This document shows, in pieces, positions 16,000 through 27,066 of a stretch of DNA of 64,000 bases (its first letter is position 1; each line of letters opens with the position of its first letter). Under the pieces are notes generated by a model that saw only the letters and a list, made by a program, of their open reading frames with translations, made no database searches and was not told where the DNA came from. This DNA comes from an uncultured Candidatus Poseidoniales archaeon. GTDB taxonomy: Archaea > Thermoplasmatota > Poseidoniia > Poseidoniales > Thalassarchaeaceae. The DNA is taken from NCBI GenBank assembly GCA_964585295.1, contig CAZPCY010000004.1, positions 90,786 to 154,785 on the forward strand. Direction: 5' to 3'. The position numbers and the translations under genes are program-made.

Positions 16000-18900
16000 A
16001 TGCGTGAGATTATTGAATCATTCTTCCAACAGCGTAGTCTGGTCAACCATCAATTGGCCTCGTACGACGATTGCATCCCTTCAGCGGAAGGTTCGGAGGG
16101 CCGCATGGAAAGAATCGTCCAAGCGATTAGGATCGGGACTGACGAGCCGCCCGAGGACGATCTCGGCGGAATGATCAAACTCGATGTTCTCGACAAGGAG
16201 ATCACTGTCCGGATGCGAAACATCCGCCTCGGTCAACCGACGATTCGGGAAGCGAATGGGGCCGAACATCCAGCCACTCCTCTGGAGTGCCGCCTGCGCA
16301 AGTTAACCTACTACTCACCAGTCTATCTCGACTTCACGATAATCAGGGACGACCTTCCGCAACCCATTGTCGAGGAGAGCGTCCACATCGGGAACCTCCC
16401 AATCATGGTGCGTTCGCGACGATGCAATCTACACCCTACGCACATCGACCCAAATCGACATCTTTCACCTTCAACCTCACAAGAGGATTTGGATCACTAC
16501 CACCGCCTGCTGGAGAAGATGGGCGAGGACCCCCTGGATCCGGGTGGCTACTTCATCATCAACGGCACCGAGCGGGTCCTAATCTCGATGGAGGATTTGG
16601 CCCCTAACCGGGTAACGGTCGAGAAGAACCGTCGTTACACCCACGAGACCGAGGTGGCCAAGATATTCTCTCAGAAGGATGGCAGCCGTAAACCTCTGAC
16701 AGTCGAGAAGCGGCGCGATGGCATGTTGATGACGAAAATCCCGTCAGCTGGCAGCACACCCATACCAGTCGTGCTTTTGATGCGCGCTCTAGGAATCGAG
16801 AACGATCAGGACATCTTCCAGGCGATCGCCGGTCCGGTTGAATCGATGAAGTACACCGTAGCCAACATAAACGAGGTCAAGGACAATGAGGAGTACGGCG
16901 TTCACACCCAGATAGAGGCTACGCAGTGGCTGGAGAAGAAGTTCGCAGCCGGGCAGCAGAAGGAGTACCGGGAGCAGCGTATCCAGAACATGCTCGACCG
17001 CGAGTTGTTGCCCCACCTTGGCGGGGCTCCCGAGCAGCGTGAGAAGAAGGCGATCTTCCTCGGGAGAATCGTCCGACAGGTCCTCGAGATGGCGATCACC
17101 AATCGTGATCCCAACGACAAGGATCACTACGCGAACAAGCGCGTTCGGCTCGCCGGCGACCTGATGGAGGACCTCTATCGAGTCAGCATGCAGCAACTCG
17201 CTCGCGACCTGAAGTACCAACTGGAGAGGCACCACAATCGCAAGCGCGACCTGAAGATTAACAGCTGTCTACGCCCCGATGTCCTGACTTCCAAGATAAT
17301 GCATGCCTTGGCAACCGGAAATTGGGTCGGAAGTAGAAGCGGCGTGAGTCAACTGCTCGACCGAACGACCTACCTCGCAGCGTTGAGTCACATGCGTCGC
17401 GTCACGAGTCCGCTCGTGCGTAGTCAGCCACACTTTGAGGCGAGAGACCTACACCCTACCCAATGGGGTAGGCTATGCCCCAACGAGACTCCGGAGGGTC
17501 AGAACTGCGGCCTAGTCAAGAACGCCGCTCAGATGATCGATGTAAGCGAAGCCGTGCACGAGTCATCGGTCAAGGAACTGCTAATCGAAGCGGGAGTGGA
17601 TGACTCTCCTGCGGGTTGGTCCGAGGGCGCGCGTGTGCACGTTAACGGAGACATCTTCGGTCTTCACATGAATCCACACAAGTTGGTCGAGCACTTCAAG
17701 CGGCGACGACGCAGCGGCAGGATTCGATCAGAGGTAACGATTCGACACGATGTCTTGAACCGTGACATTTTCATCAACACGGATAAGGGCCGCATCCTGC
17801 GGCCGTTGCTCGTCATCGATAGCGGTTCACTCAACCTCAGCAAGGAAGTCCTTGACGGTCTTAAGAGCCGAGAGATGACCTTCACTGATCTCGTCAACCA
17901 AGGAGTCGTTGAGTGGGTCGATGCCGAGGAGGAGGAGGATCTCCTAATCGCGGCTAGACCATACGACCTCCCGTCTCGGTCGCCGAAGTTCGATCGCCCT
18001 CTTAACCCAGCGATGATCGAGTGGTTGAACCTCGGTGAGATAGACGAGGATGGCCGTCAGAGAGCAGCCAAACTCCGAGCCACCGTCATAATGCCGAACG
18101 GTGAGGAGAAGCAGGAAGATTTCGAGGTCCCGCTGAATTACTATCAGGAGGATTACGACCGACTGAAGAGACAGCAGCGCAAGAGTGGCAATGTGATGCT
18201 CTACACTCATGTTGAGATTGATCCACAACTGATTCTAGGAGTGTGCGCGAGTCTGGTCCCGTACCCGGAACACAACTCGACGCCTCGCGTAACCGGAGGA
18301 ACCGCGATGGTGAAGCAGAGCCTCGGACTTCCATCGTCGAACTACCGGCTTCGACCCGACACGCGCTTGCACAAGTTGCACTACCCGCAGCAGTCGATAG
18401 TGGGAACTCGGGCTATGGAAGCGACGAACTACCTCCGCCGCCCAGGTGGGCAGAACTTCGTCGTCGCCATCCTCAGCCATCACGGCTACAACATGCAGGA
18501 CGCGGTCATCATGAATCGCGCTTCGGTCGAGAGAGCCTTGGCTCGCTCGACCTTCGTGCGCACATACAATTCAGAGAACCGTCGCTATCCTGGTGGTCAA
18601 GAAGAGAGAATCGAGATACCTGGGACCGGACTCGATGAGGTCAAGGGACTCAAGGCCCCTGAATCCTACGCTCACTTGGAATCCGACGGATTGCCTTCGC
18701 CGGAGACCTATCTTGAGGGCGGCGAGGTTCTTGTTGGCAAGACTAGCCCACCTAGATTCCTCGAGGAGTCACATGGCGCATTCCTACAAGCCCCGGAGCG
18801 TCGCGAATCCTCGATGACCGTTCGTCATGGTGAGCGTGGCTTCGTTGACCATGTATTCGTCACCGAGAGTCTCGACTCCGGTCGCTTGGTCCGAACCACG

Positions 18901-19665
18901 CTTCGAACCAATCGGACACCTGAGTTGGGTGACAAGTTCGCAAGCCGACACGGACAGAAGGGCGTGATTGGGCGACTCGTCGCCCCGGAAGACATGCCGT
19001 TCACGGTCGATGGTGTGATTCCAGACCTACTGATCAACCCGCACGCGATCCCCAGCCGGATGACGGTCGCTCACGTCCTCGAGATGATTGGCGGCAAGGT
19101 CGGTAGCCTTGAGGCTCGCAAGATCGATGGCACCGCATTCAACGGCGAGAAGGAGGCATCTCTCCGAGAAGGGCTGACTAGGAACGGCTTCGCCCACACC
19201 GGTCGCGAAGCCATGATCAGCGGCGAGACTGGAGAGCAGTACCCCGCCGAGATCTTCGTCGGAGTCATCTACTATCAGAAGCTTCACCACATGGTCAGCG
19301 GCAAGATGCACGCTCGGAGCCGCGGTAGGGTTCAGATTCTGACGCGCCAGCCGACCGAGGGTCGAGCCCGTCAGGGCGGGCTGAGATTTGGTGAGATGGA
19401 GCGTGATTGCCTAATCGCCCACGGTGCGTCAATGGTCATCAAAGACAGGCTCCTAGACGAATCCGACGGCTGGACCCTGCAGGTCTGCGCGGGCAGCGGC
19501 CACATCGCCTACTGGGATTGGCGGAAGAGATGCTATGTCAGTCCGATACACGGCGAGAGGGCCGAGGTGTTCCCGGTCCAGACGTCGTACGCGTTCAAAC
19601 TGCTGCTGGACGAGATGAAATCGTTAGGCGTTGCCATGAGGATTGAACTGGAGGACCGAAGATGA
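16000..19665 (+). CDS. rpoB: RNA polymerase subunit B (unsplit)
   Basis: 1221 aa. Signatures include GGYFIINGTERV, RQPTEGRARQGGLRFGEMERDCLIAHGAS and SRHGQKGV. Confidence 0.95.
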   Translation: MREIIESFFQQRSLVNHQLASYDDCIPSAEGSEGRMERIVQAIRIGTDEPPEDDLGGMIKLDVLDKEITVRMRNIRLGQPTIREANGAEHPATPLECRLRKLTYYSPVYLDFTIIRDDLPQPIVEESVHIGNLPIMVRSRRCNLHPTHIDPNRHLSPSTSQEDLDHYHRLLEKMGEDPLDPGGYFIINGTERVLISMEDLAPNRVTVEKNRRYTHETEVAKIFSQKDGSRKPLTVEKRRDGMLMTKIPSAGSTPIPVVLLMRALGIENDQDIFQAIAGPVESMKYTVANINEVKDNEEYGVHTQIEATQWLEKKFAAGQQKEYREQRIQNMLDRELLPHLGGAPEQREKKAIFLGRIVRQVLEMAITNRDPNDKDHYANKRVRLAGDLMEDLYRVSMQQLARDLKYQLERHHNRKRDLKINSCLRPDVLTSKIMHALATGNWVGSRSGVSQLLDRTTYLAALSHMRRVTSPLVRSQPHFEARDLHPTQWGRLCPNETPEGQNCGLVKNAAQMIDVSEAVHESSVKELLIEAGVDDSPAGWSEGARVHVNGDIFGLHMNPHKLVEHFKRRRRSGRIRSEVTIRHDVLNRDIFINTDKGRILRPLLVIDSGSLNLSKEVLDGLKSREMTFTDLVNQGVVEWVDAEEEEDLLIAARPYDLPSRSPKFDRPLNPAMIEWLNLGEIDEDGRQRAAKLRATVIMPNGEEKQEDFEVPLNYYQEDYDRLKRQQRKSGNVMLYTHVEIDPQLILGVCASLVPYPEHNSTPRVTGGTAMVKQSLGLPSSNYRLRPDTRLHKLHYPQQSIVGTRAMEATNYLRRPGGQNFVVAILSHHGYNMQDAVIMNRASVERALARSTFVRTYNSENRRYPGGQEERIEIPGTGLDEVKGLKAPESYAHLESDGLPSPETYLEGGEVLVGKTSPPRFLEESHGAFLQAPERRESSMTVRHGERGFVDHVFVTESLDSGRLVRTTLRTNRTPELGDKFASRHGQKGVIGRLVAPEDMPFTVDGVIPDLLINPHAIPSRMTVAHVLEMIGGKVGSLEARKIDGTAFNGEKEASLREGLTRNGFAHTGREAMISGETGEQYPAEIFVGVIYYQKLHHMVSGKMHARSRGRVQILTRQPTEGRARQGGLRFGEMERDCLIAHGASMVIKDRLLDESDGWTLQVCAGSGHIAYWDWRKRCYVSPIHGERAEVFPVQTSYAFKLLLDEMKSLGVAMRIELEDRR

Positions 19666-22600
19666 ATCATTTGAATCATAGAGATGTTGCGAAGATTCCG
19701 AAGAGAATCGGTTCAATCAAGTTCAGCCTGATGGATCCGAATGAGATCCGGAAGATGAGCGCGGTCGAGGTAAAGACAGCTGACACCTACAAGGACGACG
19801 GACACGCCTTCCGCCAAGGTCTGATGGACCCTAAGATGGGAGTTATCGACCCAGGAATCCGCTGTGAGACTTGCGGCAACAAGCACGAGGAGTGCCCGAG
19901 CCACTTCGGTCACATACAACTCGAACTGCCGGTCATTCACATCGGATTTGCCCAGTTGATCAAGAGGTCACTGAAGTCGACCTGCAACGAGTGCAGTAGA
20001 ATCCTCCTGCATGACAAGAAAGGAACCCACCCTCACGATCCTGAGAAGTCCGAACAGGACCACTACCGCGACCGCGTGTTGGATGTGAAGCAGAAGCACG
20101 GCGTTGGCGGTAGCCAGTTCAAGAAGATGATCAAGGACATCGAGAAGGAGTGCAGCAGCGCGAAGCGTGCAATTTGCATGCACTGCGGTAACGAACAGGG
20201 TAAGATAATCCTTGACAAGCCGACCACCTTCAAGGAGAAGAAGGCGGACAAGGGTGAGCACAAGCTGAATCCCCGTGACATTAGGGAATGGCTGGAGAGG
20301 ATTCCAGACAGCGACTTGATTTTCCTAGGTATGGAATCACAATCGAGCCGGCCCGAATGGATCATCATGAAGGTCCTGCCGGTACCGCCAATCACGGTCC
20401 GACCCTCGATAACCTTGGACAGTGGCGATCGGTCTGAGGACGATTTGACCCACAAGTTGGTCGACGTCCTGAGGATCAACCAGCGCTTGCGGGAGAATCG
20501 CGATTCGGGGGCCCCCCAACTAATCGTCGAGGACCTCTGGGAGTTGCTCCAATACCACATCACCACCTATTTCGACAACCAGACCAGCGGCATCCCGCCG
20601 GCTAGGCACAGATCAGGTAGAACCCTGAAGACGCTGACTCAGAGGTTGAAGGGCAAGGAGGGTCGATTCCGCAGCAACTTGTCAGGCAAGCGAGTGAACT
20701 TCTGCGCCCGCACCGTCATCAGTCCCGATCCGAATCTCGGCATCAACGAGGTGGGTGTACCGGTTCCGACGGCCAAGGAACTGACCGTGCCAATCAGAGT
20801 GACTGGAAGGAACCGAGAGCAGATGAGGCAGATGATTCTGAGAGGTCCCGATTACCACCCTGGAGTCAATTACATCGTCCGCGGCGACAACTTCAGAGTC
20901 AGAATTACCGATCGCACGAAGTACATCTGGGCCGGATTCCGATGTCTGAATGGAGAGTGCCACTGCGGTTCCGACGAGGAACCGTACAATGGCCACAGAC
21001 CCGATCTGAACACCGTTCTTCCTGCACCGAACTTCCTTCCCGGGTTGGAACTAGGGGTCGAGAAGCGACGGCTGATGGATGGCACCGAGGAGGAGTCGTT
21101 CGTAGTCGATCTAGAGGGTACGCTGCGCAACCTCCGTGGCGAGGACGAGAAGGGAGTTTTGCTTCCGGATGGCGATCGACGAGCCTTGATTCATCAGCGT
21201 TGGGTCTGGGAGCGAGAGAATCCGCAAGAAGACTACCCAGAGGAACTCGATGTCTACTGTCCACATTGCGGATCTCCGCAGACCGAAGAGGGCTTCAGAA
21301 CCCTATGCGAGGATCGCCTGTCCACAGTCGACATCGATGGAAACCCGAAGCCAGGGATGGTCGTGGAGCGCCACCTCATCGATGGTGATGTTGCGATCTT
21401 CAACCGGCAGCCTTCGCTGCACCGGATGTCTATGTTGGTCCACGAAGTTCGGGTGATGCCAGGCAAGACCTTCCGATTCAATCTCGCTGACTGCACGCCA
21501 TACAATGCGGACTTCGATGGAGACGAGATGAATCTGCACGTCATCCAGTCTGAGGAGGCGAGGGCGGAAGCGAAGATACTGATGCGAGTCCAAGAGCACA
21601 TCATCACGCCCCGCTACGGTGGAAGCGTCATCGGTGGAATCCATGACCACATCTCAGGAGCTTTCCTACTGACCCACGGCGAACGCATCATCCCGAAGCG
21701 GATCGCGCTTGAGGTTCTAGGTGCCATCGGATGGGATGGCGAACTGCCGAAGGAGACGACGAAGGGTGGCCAGACCGGCTATCTCGGATGCGATATTCTC
21801 AGCCTGATTGTTCCCGGGGGATTCAATCTCCAATACACGAGCCGATCGAACGTTGACGTCAATATCTCTGGTGGAAATGTCAGTGGCACTATCGACAAGC
21901 GTGGTGTGGGCGCGGAAGACGGTCGTCTGCTGGATGCTGTGGTCCAGACCCACGGCACCACCGAGGGGGCGAAGTTCCTGAATCGGATGACCAAGATGAC
22001 GATTGCCATCTGTACGTCCCTCGGATTCACCACCGGTATCGATGATGAGGATCTGCCGCCGGAGGCAAGGGCCGAGATCAGGAGCATCAACGCCAAGGCT
22101 AGCGATGAGGTCGACGAGGAACTCCGAAAGTTCGGCAAGGACGGATCGAAGTACGAGACCAGACCCGGGCGTACTCCATTAGAGACGCTCGAGGAGAACA
22201 TTCTGGGCATATTGGATCGTTGCAAGTCCGGTACCGGTGATGTGGCGAAGAGCCACCTTGGAGAAGACAACGCCGCGGTCGTGATGGCGGTATCAGGAGC
22301 TCGCGGTTCGATGGACAACCTAGCGATGATGGCGGGATCCATAGGTCAGCCAAAGGTGCGTGGAAAGCGACTCGAGAGAGGCTACCACGAGCGCGTTTTG
22401 ACCCACTTCCCGAGGCAGGCGAAGGGGGCTGAGGAGAAGGGCTTCGTCGGTTCGTCGTTCAAGCGTGGATTGGAGCCGACCGAGTTCTTCATGCTCTCCG
22501 TCTCCGGGCGCGAGTCTCTGGTCGACACTGCAGTGAGGACCGCGAAGTCGGGTTACATGCAGCGACGACTGATCAACGCGATGGACGACCTGAAGGTGTG

Positions 22601-22748
22601 GAGCGACGAGCCGGCTTCGGTTCGGAACACGGCTAACAGGATCATCCAGTTCCACTATGGAGAGGACGGGGTCGATCCCTGCCGGTCCAAGCATGGAGCT
22701 CCGCTGGACGTCGATCGAATTCTGGAAGATGTGTTGGGGGGTGCTTGA
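19662..22748 (+). CDS. rpoA1: RNA polymerase subunit A'
   Basis: ATGA overlap with rpoB. Zn motif [17 protein letters not shown]; catalytic [13 protein letters not shown]; [12 protein letters not shown]. Confidence 0.95.
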   Translation: MNHLNHRDVAKIPKRIGSIKFSLMDPNEIRKMSAVEVKTADTYKDDGHAFRQGLMDPKMGVIDPGIRCETCGNKHEECPSHFGHIQLELPVIHIGFAQLIKRSLKSTCNECSRILLHDKKGTHPHDPEKSEQDHYRDRVLDVKQKHGVGGSQFKKMIKDIEKECSSAKRAICMHCGNEQGKIILDKPTTFKEKKADKGEHKLNPRDIREWLERIPDSDLIFLGMESQSSRPEWIIMKVLPVPPITVRPSITLDSGDRSEDDLTHKLVDVLRINQRLRENRDSGAPQLIVEDLWELLQYHITTYFDNQTSGIPPARHRSGRTLKTLTQRLKGKEGRFRSNLSGKRVNFCARTVISPDPNLGINEVGVPVPTAKELTVPIRVTGRNREQMRQMILRGPDYHPGVNYIVRGDNFRVRITDRTKYIWAGFRCLNGECHCGSDEEPYNGHRPDLNTVLPAPNFLPGLELGVEKRRLMDGTEEESFVVDLEGTLRNLRGEDEKGVLLPDGDRRALIHQRWVWERENPQEDYPEELDVYCPHCGSPQTEEGFRTLCEDRLSTVDIDGNPKPGMVVERHLIDGDVAIFNRQPSLHRMSMLVHEVRVMPGKTFRFNLADCTPYNADFDGDEMNLHVIQSEEARAEAKILMRVQEHIITPRYGGSVIGGIHDHISGAFLLTHGERIIPKRIALEVLGAIGWDGELPKETTKGGQTGYLGCDILSLIVPGGFNLQYTSRSNVDVNISGGNVSGTIDKRGVGAEDGRLLDAVVQTHGTTEGAKFLNRMTKMTIAICTSLGFTTGIDDEDLPPEARAEIRSINAKASDEVDEELRKFGKDGSKYETRPGRTPLETLEENILGILDRCKSGTGDVAKSHLGEDNAAVVMAVSGARGSMDNLAMMAGSIGQPKVRGKRLERGYHERVLTHFPRQAKGAEEKGFVGSSFKRGLEPTEFFMLSVSGRESLVDTAVRTAKSGYMQRRLINAMDDLKVWSDEPASVRNTANRIIQFHYGEDGVDPCRSKHGAPLDVDRILEDVLGGA

Positions 22749-22749
22749 G

Positions 22750-24324
22750 ATGACGGTCAAGAGCGCGACGAAGAAGAAGCTCATGGACATGGGTATAGAG
22801 GAGAGTTACGCCCACGCCCTTGCAGATGATCGGAAGTGGGACGATGTCAAGGTCCTGAGTTCCGGAGAGATTGCCAAGATCTGTGGGCTCGACTCGCAAG
22901 CTGGTGAGAAGATTCACACCCTAATCTCACAGACCGGCCGCCGTAGCCGAGACGATAGCCCTAAGGCGGAGACAATCAGGGTTCGCAGACGCGCTGCGCC
23001 AAGGCGATCCCGTTCGATAACCGCTCAACCTCTGCAGGAATACGACCTTGAGAACAAGATGACTCAGATTGGTCGCGATGTCGCGACCGACGACCCTCTG
23101 TACAAGAAGGTGAGTGAGGCTACGAAAGAGCATGGTTTGATGCTAAGCCCGAGGATGATCGATGACATCGTAGAGGGTCTCCGAGAGAGGGGCGTCAAAA
23201 GGCTCACTCCAAAGCGTCTGGAGGCACTCTTGAAGAGCACGGAGAACGAGTTGCAGCGCAGCCGCGTAGATCCCTTCGAAGCTATCGGTATCACCACGGC
23301 CCAGTCGATAGGAGAACCGGGGACACAGATGACGATGCGGACTTTCCACTACGCAGGTGTGGCGACTGTGAACGTCACTCAAGGTCTACCGCGCATCATC
23401 GAGATCGTCGATGCACGCAAGAAGCCTAACACTCCTACCATGCGGGTCTACCTGAATTCCGAGGACGGGAAGGGGAAGCCGCTTCGAACGGATGAGAAGA
23501 AGGTGCAGGCTATCGCCGCTTCCTTGGAGACGACGACCACGCAGGACATCGCTGACATCGATGTCAATGTCGCCCAGAGGTACATCTCTCTCAACCTGAA
23601 TCGACGCCATCTCAAGTTGAAGGGAATGAGTGGTGCGGAGGTCAGAGACAAACTCCAGCGGGCGCTCCGACTGTTCATCCAAGCAGACAACGACAAGAAT
23701 CCCAAGACGCTTCAGATAGTCCCAGGTGTGACCAAGGAGGAGGACCTTGCTGACCTAGCTGGGAATCCGCCAACCTACACCGATCTTCTGCAACTTGAGG
23801 AGAAGACGAAGAAACTGCGGTTGAAGGGTGTCAAGGACATCTCGCGGGCGAATGTTCAGGGGCCGGCACAGGACACCGGAGAGTACTACATCGCCACCAT
23901 CGGCAGCAATCTCGCCAAGGTTAGTGAGTTCGCGGGCGTCGACCGCGCTCGGACCTACACGAACAACATCATGGAGATCCACAAGTACCTCGGAGTTGAG
24001 GCGGCTAGACAGGCGATTATCAACGAGATGATTCTGACTCTGGAGGGCGCCGGGCTAGAGGTGGACGTACGTCACCTGCTGACGGTTGCGGATGTGATGA
24101 CGAGCGAGGGTGAAGTGCGGGCCATCGGCCGGCATGGAGTCAGCGGCAACAAGCACAGCATACTGGCTAGAGCTGCATTCGAGGTCACAGTGAACCACCT
24201 TCTGCGTGCCGGAGTGATTGGCGAGAAGGATCATCTGACCGGTGTGGCGGAGAACATCATCGTCGGTCAGCCGGTCGCGCTCGGCACCGGCAGTGTCGAG
24301 TTGTACTACGTGCCGAACGAGTGA
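22750..24324 (+). CDS. rpoA2: RNA polymerase subunit A'' with ~130-aa N-terminal extension
   Basis: ATG lies 2 nt after the rpoA1 stop. Core [17 protein letters not shown] and [18 protein letters not shown]. The listed ORF start at 22657 overlaps rpoA1 and is unlikely. Confidence 0.9.
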   Translation: MTVKSATKKKLMDMGIEESYAHALADDRKWDDVKVLSSGEIAKICGLDSQAGEKIHTLISQTGRRSRDDSPKAETIRVRRRAAPRRSRSITAQPLQEYDLENKMTQIGRDVATDDPLYKKVSEATKEHGLMLSPRMIDDIVEGLRERGVKRLTPKRLEALLKSTENELQRSRVDPFEAIGITTAQSIGEPGTQMTMRTFHYAGVATVNVTQGLPRIIEIVDARKKPNTPTMRVYLNSEDGKGKPLRTDEKKVQAIAASLETTTTQDIADIDVNVAQRYISLNLNRRHLKLKGMSGAEVRDKLQRALRLFIQADNDKNPKTLQIVPGVTKEEDLADLAGNPPTYTDLLQLEEKTKKLRLKGVKDISRANVQGPAQDTGEYYIATIGSNLAKVSEFAGVDRARTYTNNIMEIHKYLGVEAARQAIINEMILTLEGAGLEVDVRHLLTVADVMTSEGEVRAIGRHGVSGNKHSILARAAFEVTVNHLLRAGVIGEKDHLTGVAENIIVGQPVALGTGSVELYYVPNE

Positions 24325-24364
24325 GTTCGGATCCTGAGAAGCATAGAAGTGGAGGATTGGTGAA

Positions 24365-24664
24365 ATGGACATCGGAAAGGAATTGAAGAACGCGATGAGC
24401 AGTGGTACGCTGCTGTTTGGCATGAAGCAGAGCGTCAAGGCGTGTGCCAATGGCGATGCTAGGATGGTTATTCTAGCGGCTAACTGCCCTCGGGATCACA
24501 TCGAAGCGATTCGGAGCCGCCATCCAGATGTTCCTCTCCATCAGGCGATTCTGGTGAATCGGGAACTCGGTGCGGCTTGTGCTAGACCTTTCCCGGTGTC
24601 TTCCATCTGCGTCGTTGACGCAGGATCCTCGGACTTGCTGACATTGCGACCTAATGTGGACTGA
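24365..24664 (+). CDS. rpl30e: Ribosomal protein L30e
   Basis: 99 aa in the conserved position after rpoA2. GTLLFGMKQSVKACANGDARMVILAANCP matches the L30e pattern. Confidence 0.75.
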   Translation: MDIGKELKNAMSSGTLLFGMKQSVKACANGDARMVILAANCPRDHIEAIRSRHPDVPLHQAILVNRELGAACARPFPVSSICVVDAGSSDLLTLRPNVD

Positions 24665-24697
24665 TGATCATCGTCGAACGGCGGTATTCAATACCGG

Positions 24698-25822
24698 TTG
24701 CGCTTGCTCGCTTCCCGCATGGACGATTTGATTCGCGGATTGCTGGAGCAACGAGGGGCGACCCTCGTTCCAGCAGATGATGCGATTGGCACCGCCCGCA
24801 TCAGGTGTCTAGGACGCCTCCTCGAGCCACCCATTGGGATGGTCGACGAGCCAGCCGTCGTGGATGCGCATGTATGGCATGCAGCGGATGGTTGGTCGCC
24901 TCTCGACCGGATTGAAATCGAACGCTGGATGGTGGACGCTCCTTCCGGCAGCCATTGGCTGCTCTCGGAACGGGCCATAGAGAGGGTTGGCAGAATGCCT
25001 GAGAGGGATGATTTGAGATTAACCATCTGGGACCCGAGGCGCCTCGCCGGCTGGATTGGCGAAGCGGTCCTAGCCGGCGACCTATCCGCCTCTCCGACAG
25101 GTTTCGTCGAGCCTGATTCCCAGCTGAAGGGTACACTGATGCCCGAATCTCCCCAACCGGAATCGGGGAATGGATTCATCCAAGAACTCCATCCCTCGAA
25201 ATCATCTGCGCCTACCGATTTGGAGCATTCCAATTTCTCTGGGACCTCTCTTCGTAGTGATTCAAATGCTTCTAACTCGGATGGTGTGCCAATCGAGGCA
25301 CTCCGGCCCACCGTCGACATCGATAGCTGGCTCGAACGACATGGATGGGGTTCCATCCAAACGACACCAGTACTGCTGCCGGCCAGGATTTGGCATGTCA
25401 GTGGGATATTGAGAGGTCCGGAGGAGGCAGCGGAGCGCCGATGGTGGCGCATCCTCGAGGATCCAATCGCTGAGCGGGTCGTCAGAATCGATGATGCCGA
25501 GATCCTGCCGAGCATTCCAAGGCTGGTCGTCATCGACGATGTGCGTTGGATCGGTCGTGATGGAGTTAGGCTTCATCTGCCGGGCCTGTGTGAGGTCAGG
25601 AGGCAATGGGCAGATGACCCAGCATCCGGATCGAGGTTGCTGCACTGGTGGCGCTTGGACCCTTCATCATGCGAGATGCGGTCCAGTCGTTCTTTGCTCC
25701 CAGCATGGATCGTCAAGATTCCGTTCGAGGGCCCCCACCTGCTGCACGGCTTGGTGGGGGAACTGTTCCAAGCCCCTCCTTCTATCTCTCAAGAACTGAT
25801 TCATCCGACCGTTGAGCGGTGA
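24698..25822 (+). CDS. Hypothetical protein
   Basis: 374-aa ORF co-directional with the RNAP/L30e cluster. Its composition looks protein-like, unlike the S/R-rich antisense ORF 24688-25533. No motif recognised. Confidence 0.45.
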   Translation: MRLLASRMDDLIRGLLEQRGATLVPADDAIGTARIRCLGRLLEPPIGMVDEPAVVDAHVWHAADGWSPLDRIEIERWMVDAPSGSHWLLSERAIERVGRMPERDDLRLTIWDPRRLAGWIGEAVLAGDLSASPTGFVEPDSQLKGTLMPESPQPESGNGFIQELHPSKSSAPTDLEHSNFSGTSLRSDSNASNSDGVPIEALRPTVDIDSWLERHGWGSIQTTPVLLPARIWHVSGILRGPEEAAERRWWRILEDPIAERVVRIDDAEILPSIPRLVVIDDVRWIGRDGVRLHLPGLCEVRRQWADDPASGSRLLHWWRLDPSSCEMRSSRSLLPAWIVKIPFEGPHLLHGLVGELFQAPPSISQELIHPTVER

Positions 25823-25892
25823 ATTTGTTGGTATCCCCATCTAGGCAAACGGAAATGAGATTCGATGCGAAGCGAGGATGGTCCGTTACAAC

Positions 25893-27053
25893 TCAGGTTA
25901 GTACCTCGAGCAATCGGTCCTGTTCCGCGGCAATCCTAATCTCCCTTGCGATTCTGCGACCGCTGCTCATCTCACGGCGCCACAATGCGTTCCCGTACGG
26001 ATGACCGACGCTGACATGCACATTGGTACCGCCACCCAGTCGAGGTGCGACATCGTAGATCCAGTAGTTCATGTCCTTGTCGATGCATGTTTGCAGGCAG
26101 AATGGTCCGATGATGCCTGGGGAATAGTGCTCTTTGCTCGCTTCCACGAAACGCTCTCCGAGTTCGAAAGCCCGTTCAAGCAGACTCTCTCTGATGGTGG
26201 CCGTGTTGTGACCGACGACGGTCATCTCCGGAATCATTTGGTGTTCAGGCAGAGTCATCTGCTGAGGTGCCGGTAGCCGGACATGCCCGTCGAGACTGGA
26301 TTCAAATCGCCAATCGACTCCTAGCAACTCCAGTTTCGACATCTCCTCTTCCATCGGGCTGTAGAAGAAGTTCAGATTGAACACTGGGCCCATGACATAA
26401 CGTTCGATTCGGGCAGTTCGGAGGCTCTCCTCGTCGATCACTCCATCCTTGAGCAGGTTCTGTGACTTCTCTGCGTATTCCTCAGGGGAAGCGCAGGTGA
26501 AGAAGCCACGCTCTAACTTCTTCTGGGCGTGGTGTAACTTGACAATCGCTAGGCAGTCGATGTCCTCTGGATTGTCGATTGGTTCGGGATATGGGAGGCC
26601 TGCCTTCTCCAACAACCAGTAGTAGTCGAACTCCTCCGTCCTTTCTTCCATCCTGAGCATCGATCGAGTGCCGAACATCGGAATCCTGAAGTCGTTCTCG
26701 ACCGCATCGATTGTGCAGTAAGAAGTGAAGGCTCGGTTCGGAACGAAGATGATGTTCCGGTCCCTCATTCCTTGCTGGAAGTTAGGATCGAGAATGTCGT
26801 CGAAGCGGTCGAGGACGACCGCTTTGTCGACCATACCCCTGACCACCCTTCCTTGGCTGTTCCTCTTGGTGCGGAAGTACTCTCCATACAATTTGTCTCG
26901 CCCCTTCTGGCAGAAAGCGACCGTCGGAAAGCCCTCTTCAATCGCCCCGTCGCAGATGTCGAGGGCCGAGTGGCTGGCTGATACTCCAATCCGGAGTTTC
27001 AGCTGATCATATTCGGCGAGGATGGCCGAGATCTCGTCGTGTGGGATCGGCAT
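25893..27053 (-). CDS. purP: 5-formaminoimidazole-4-carboxamide ribonucleotide (FAICAR) synthetase, archaeal ATP-grasp PurP
   Basis: Close match along its length to M. jannaschii PurP as I recall it: SASHSALDICDGAIEEGF, LGVDWRFESSLDGHVRLPA, VVGHNTATIRESLL, GIIGPFCLQ, SGRRIAREIRIA. Confidence 0.85.
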   Translation of the reverse strand: MPIPHDEISAILAEYDQLKLRIGVSASHSALDICDGAIEEGFPTVAFCQKGRDKLYGEYFRTKRNSQGRVVRGMVDKAVVLDRFDDILDPNFQQGMRDRNIIFVPNRAFTSYCTIDAVENDFRIPMFGTRSMLRMEERTEEFDYYWLLEKAGLPYPEPIDNPEDIDCLAIVKLHHAQKKLERGFFTCASPEEYAEKSQNLLKDGVIDEESLRTARIERYVMGPVFNLNFFYSPMEEEMSKLELLGVDWRFESSLDGHVRLPAPQQMTLPEHQMIPEMTVVGHNTATIRESLLERAFELGERFVEASKEHYSPGIIGPFCLQTCIDKDMNYWIYDVAPRLGGGTNVHVSVGHPYGNALWRREMSSGRRIAREIRIAAEQDRLLEVLT

Positions 27054-27066
27054 CGCTCTCGCTCCG

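Noticed and set aside
22657-22749. Upstream extension of rpoA2 overlapping the rpoA1 3' end
   Set aside because: The ATG at 22750, 2 nt after the rpoA1 stop, gives the usual tight coupling. The extension would be translated from the rpoA1 coding region in another frame.
24688-25533. 281-aa minus-strand ORF opposite the hypothetical gene after rpl30e
   Set aside because: Its Ser/Arg/Pro-rich low-complexity translation is typical of an antisense frame in GC-rich DNA. The plus-strand ORF is longer, co-directional with the operon and has balanced composition.
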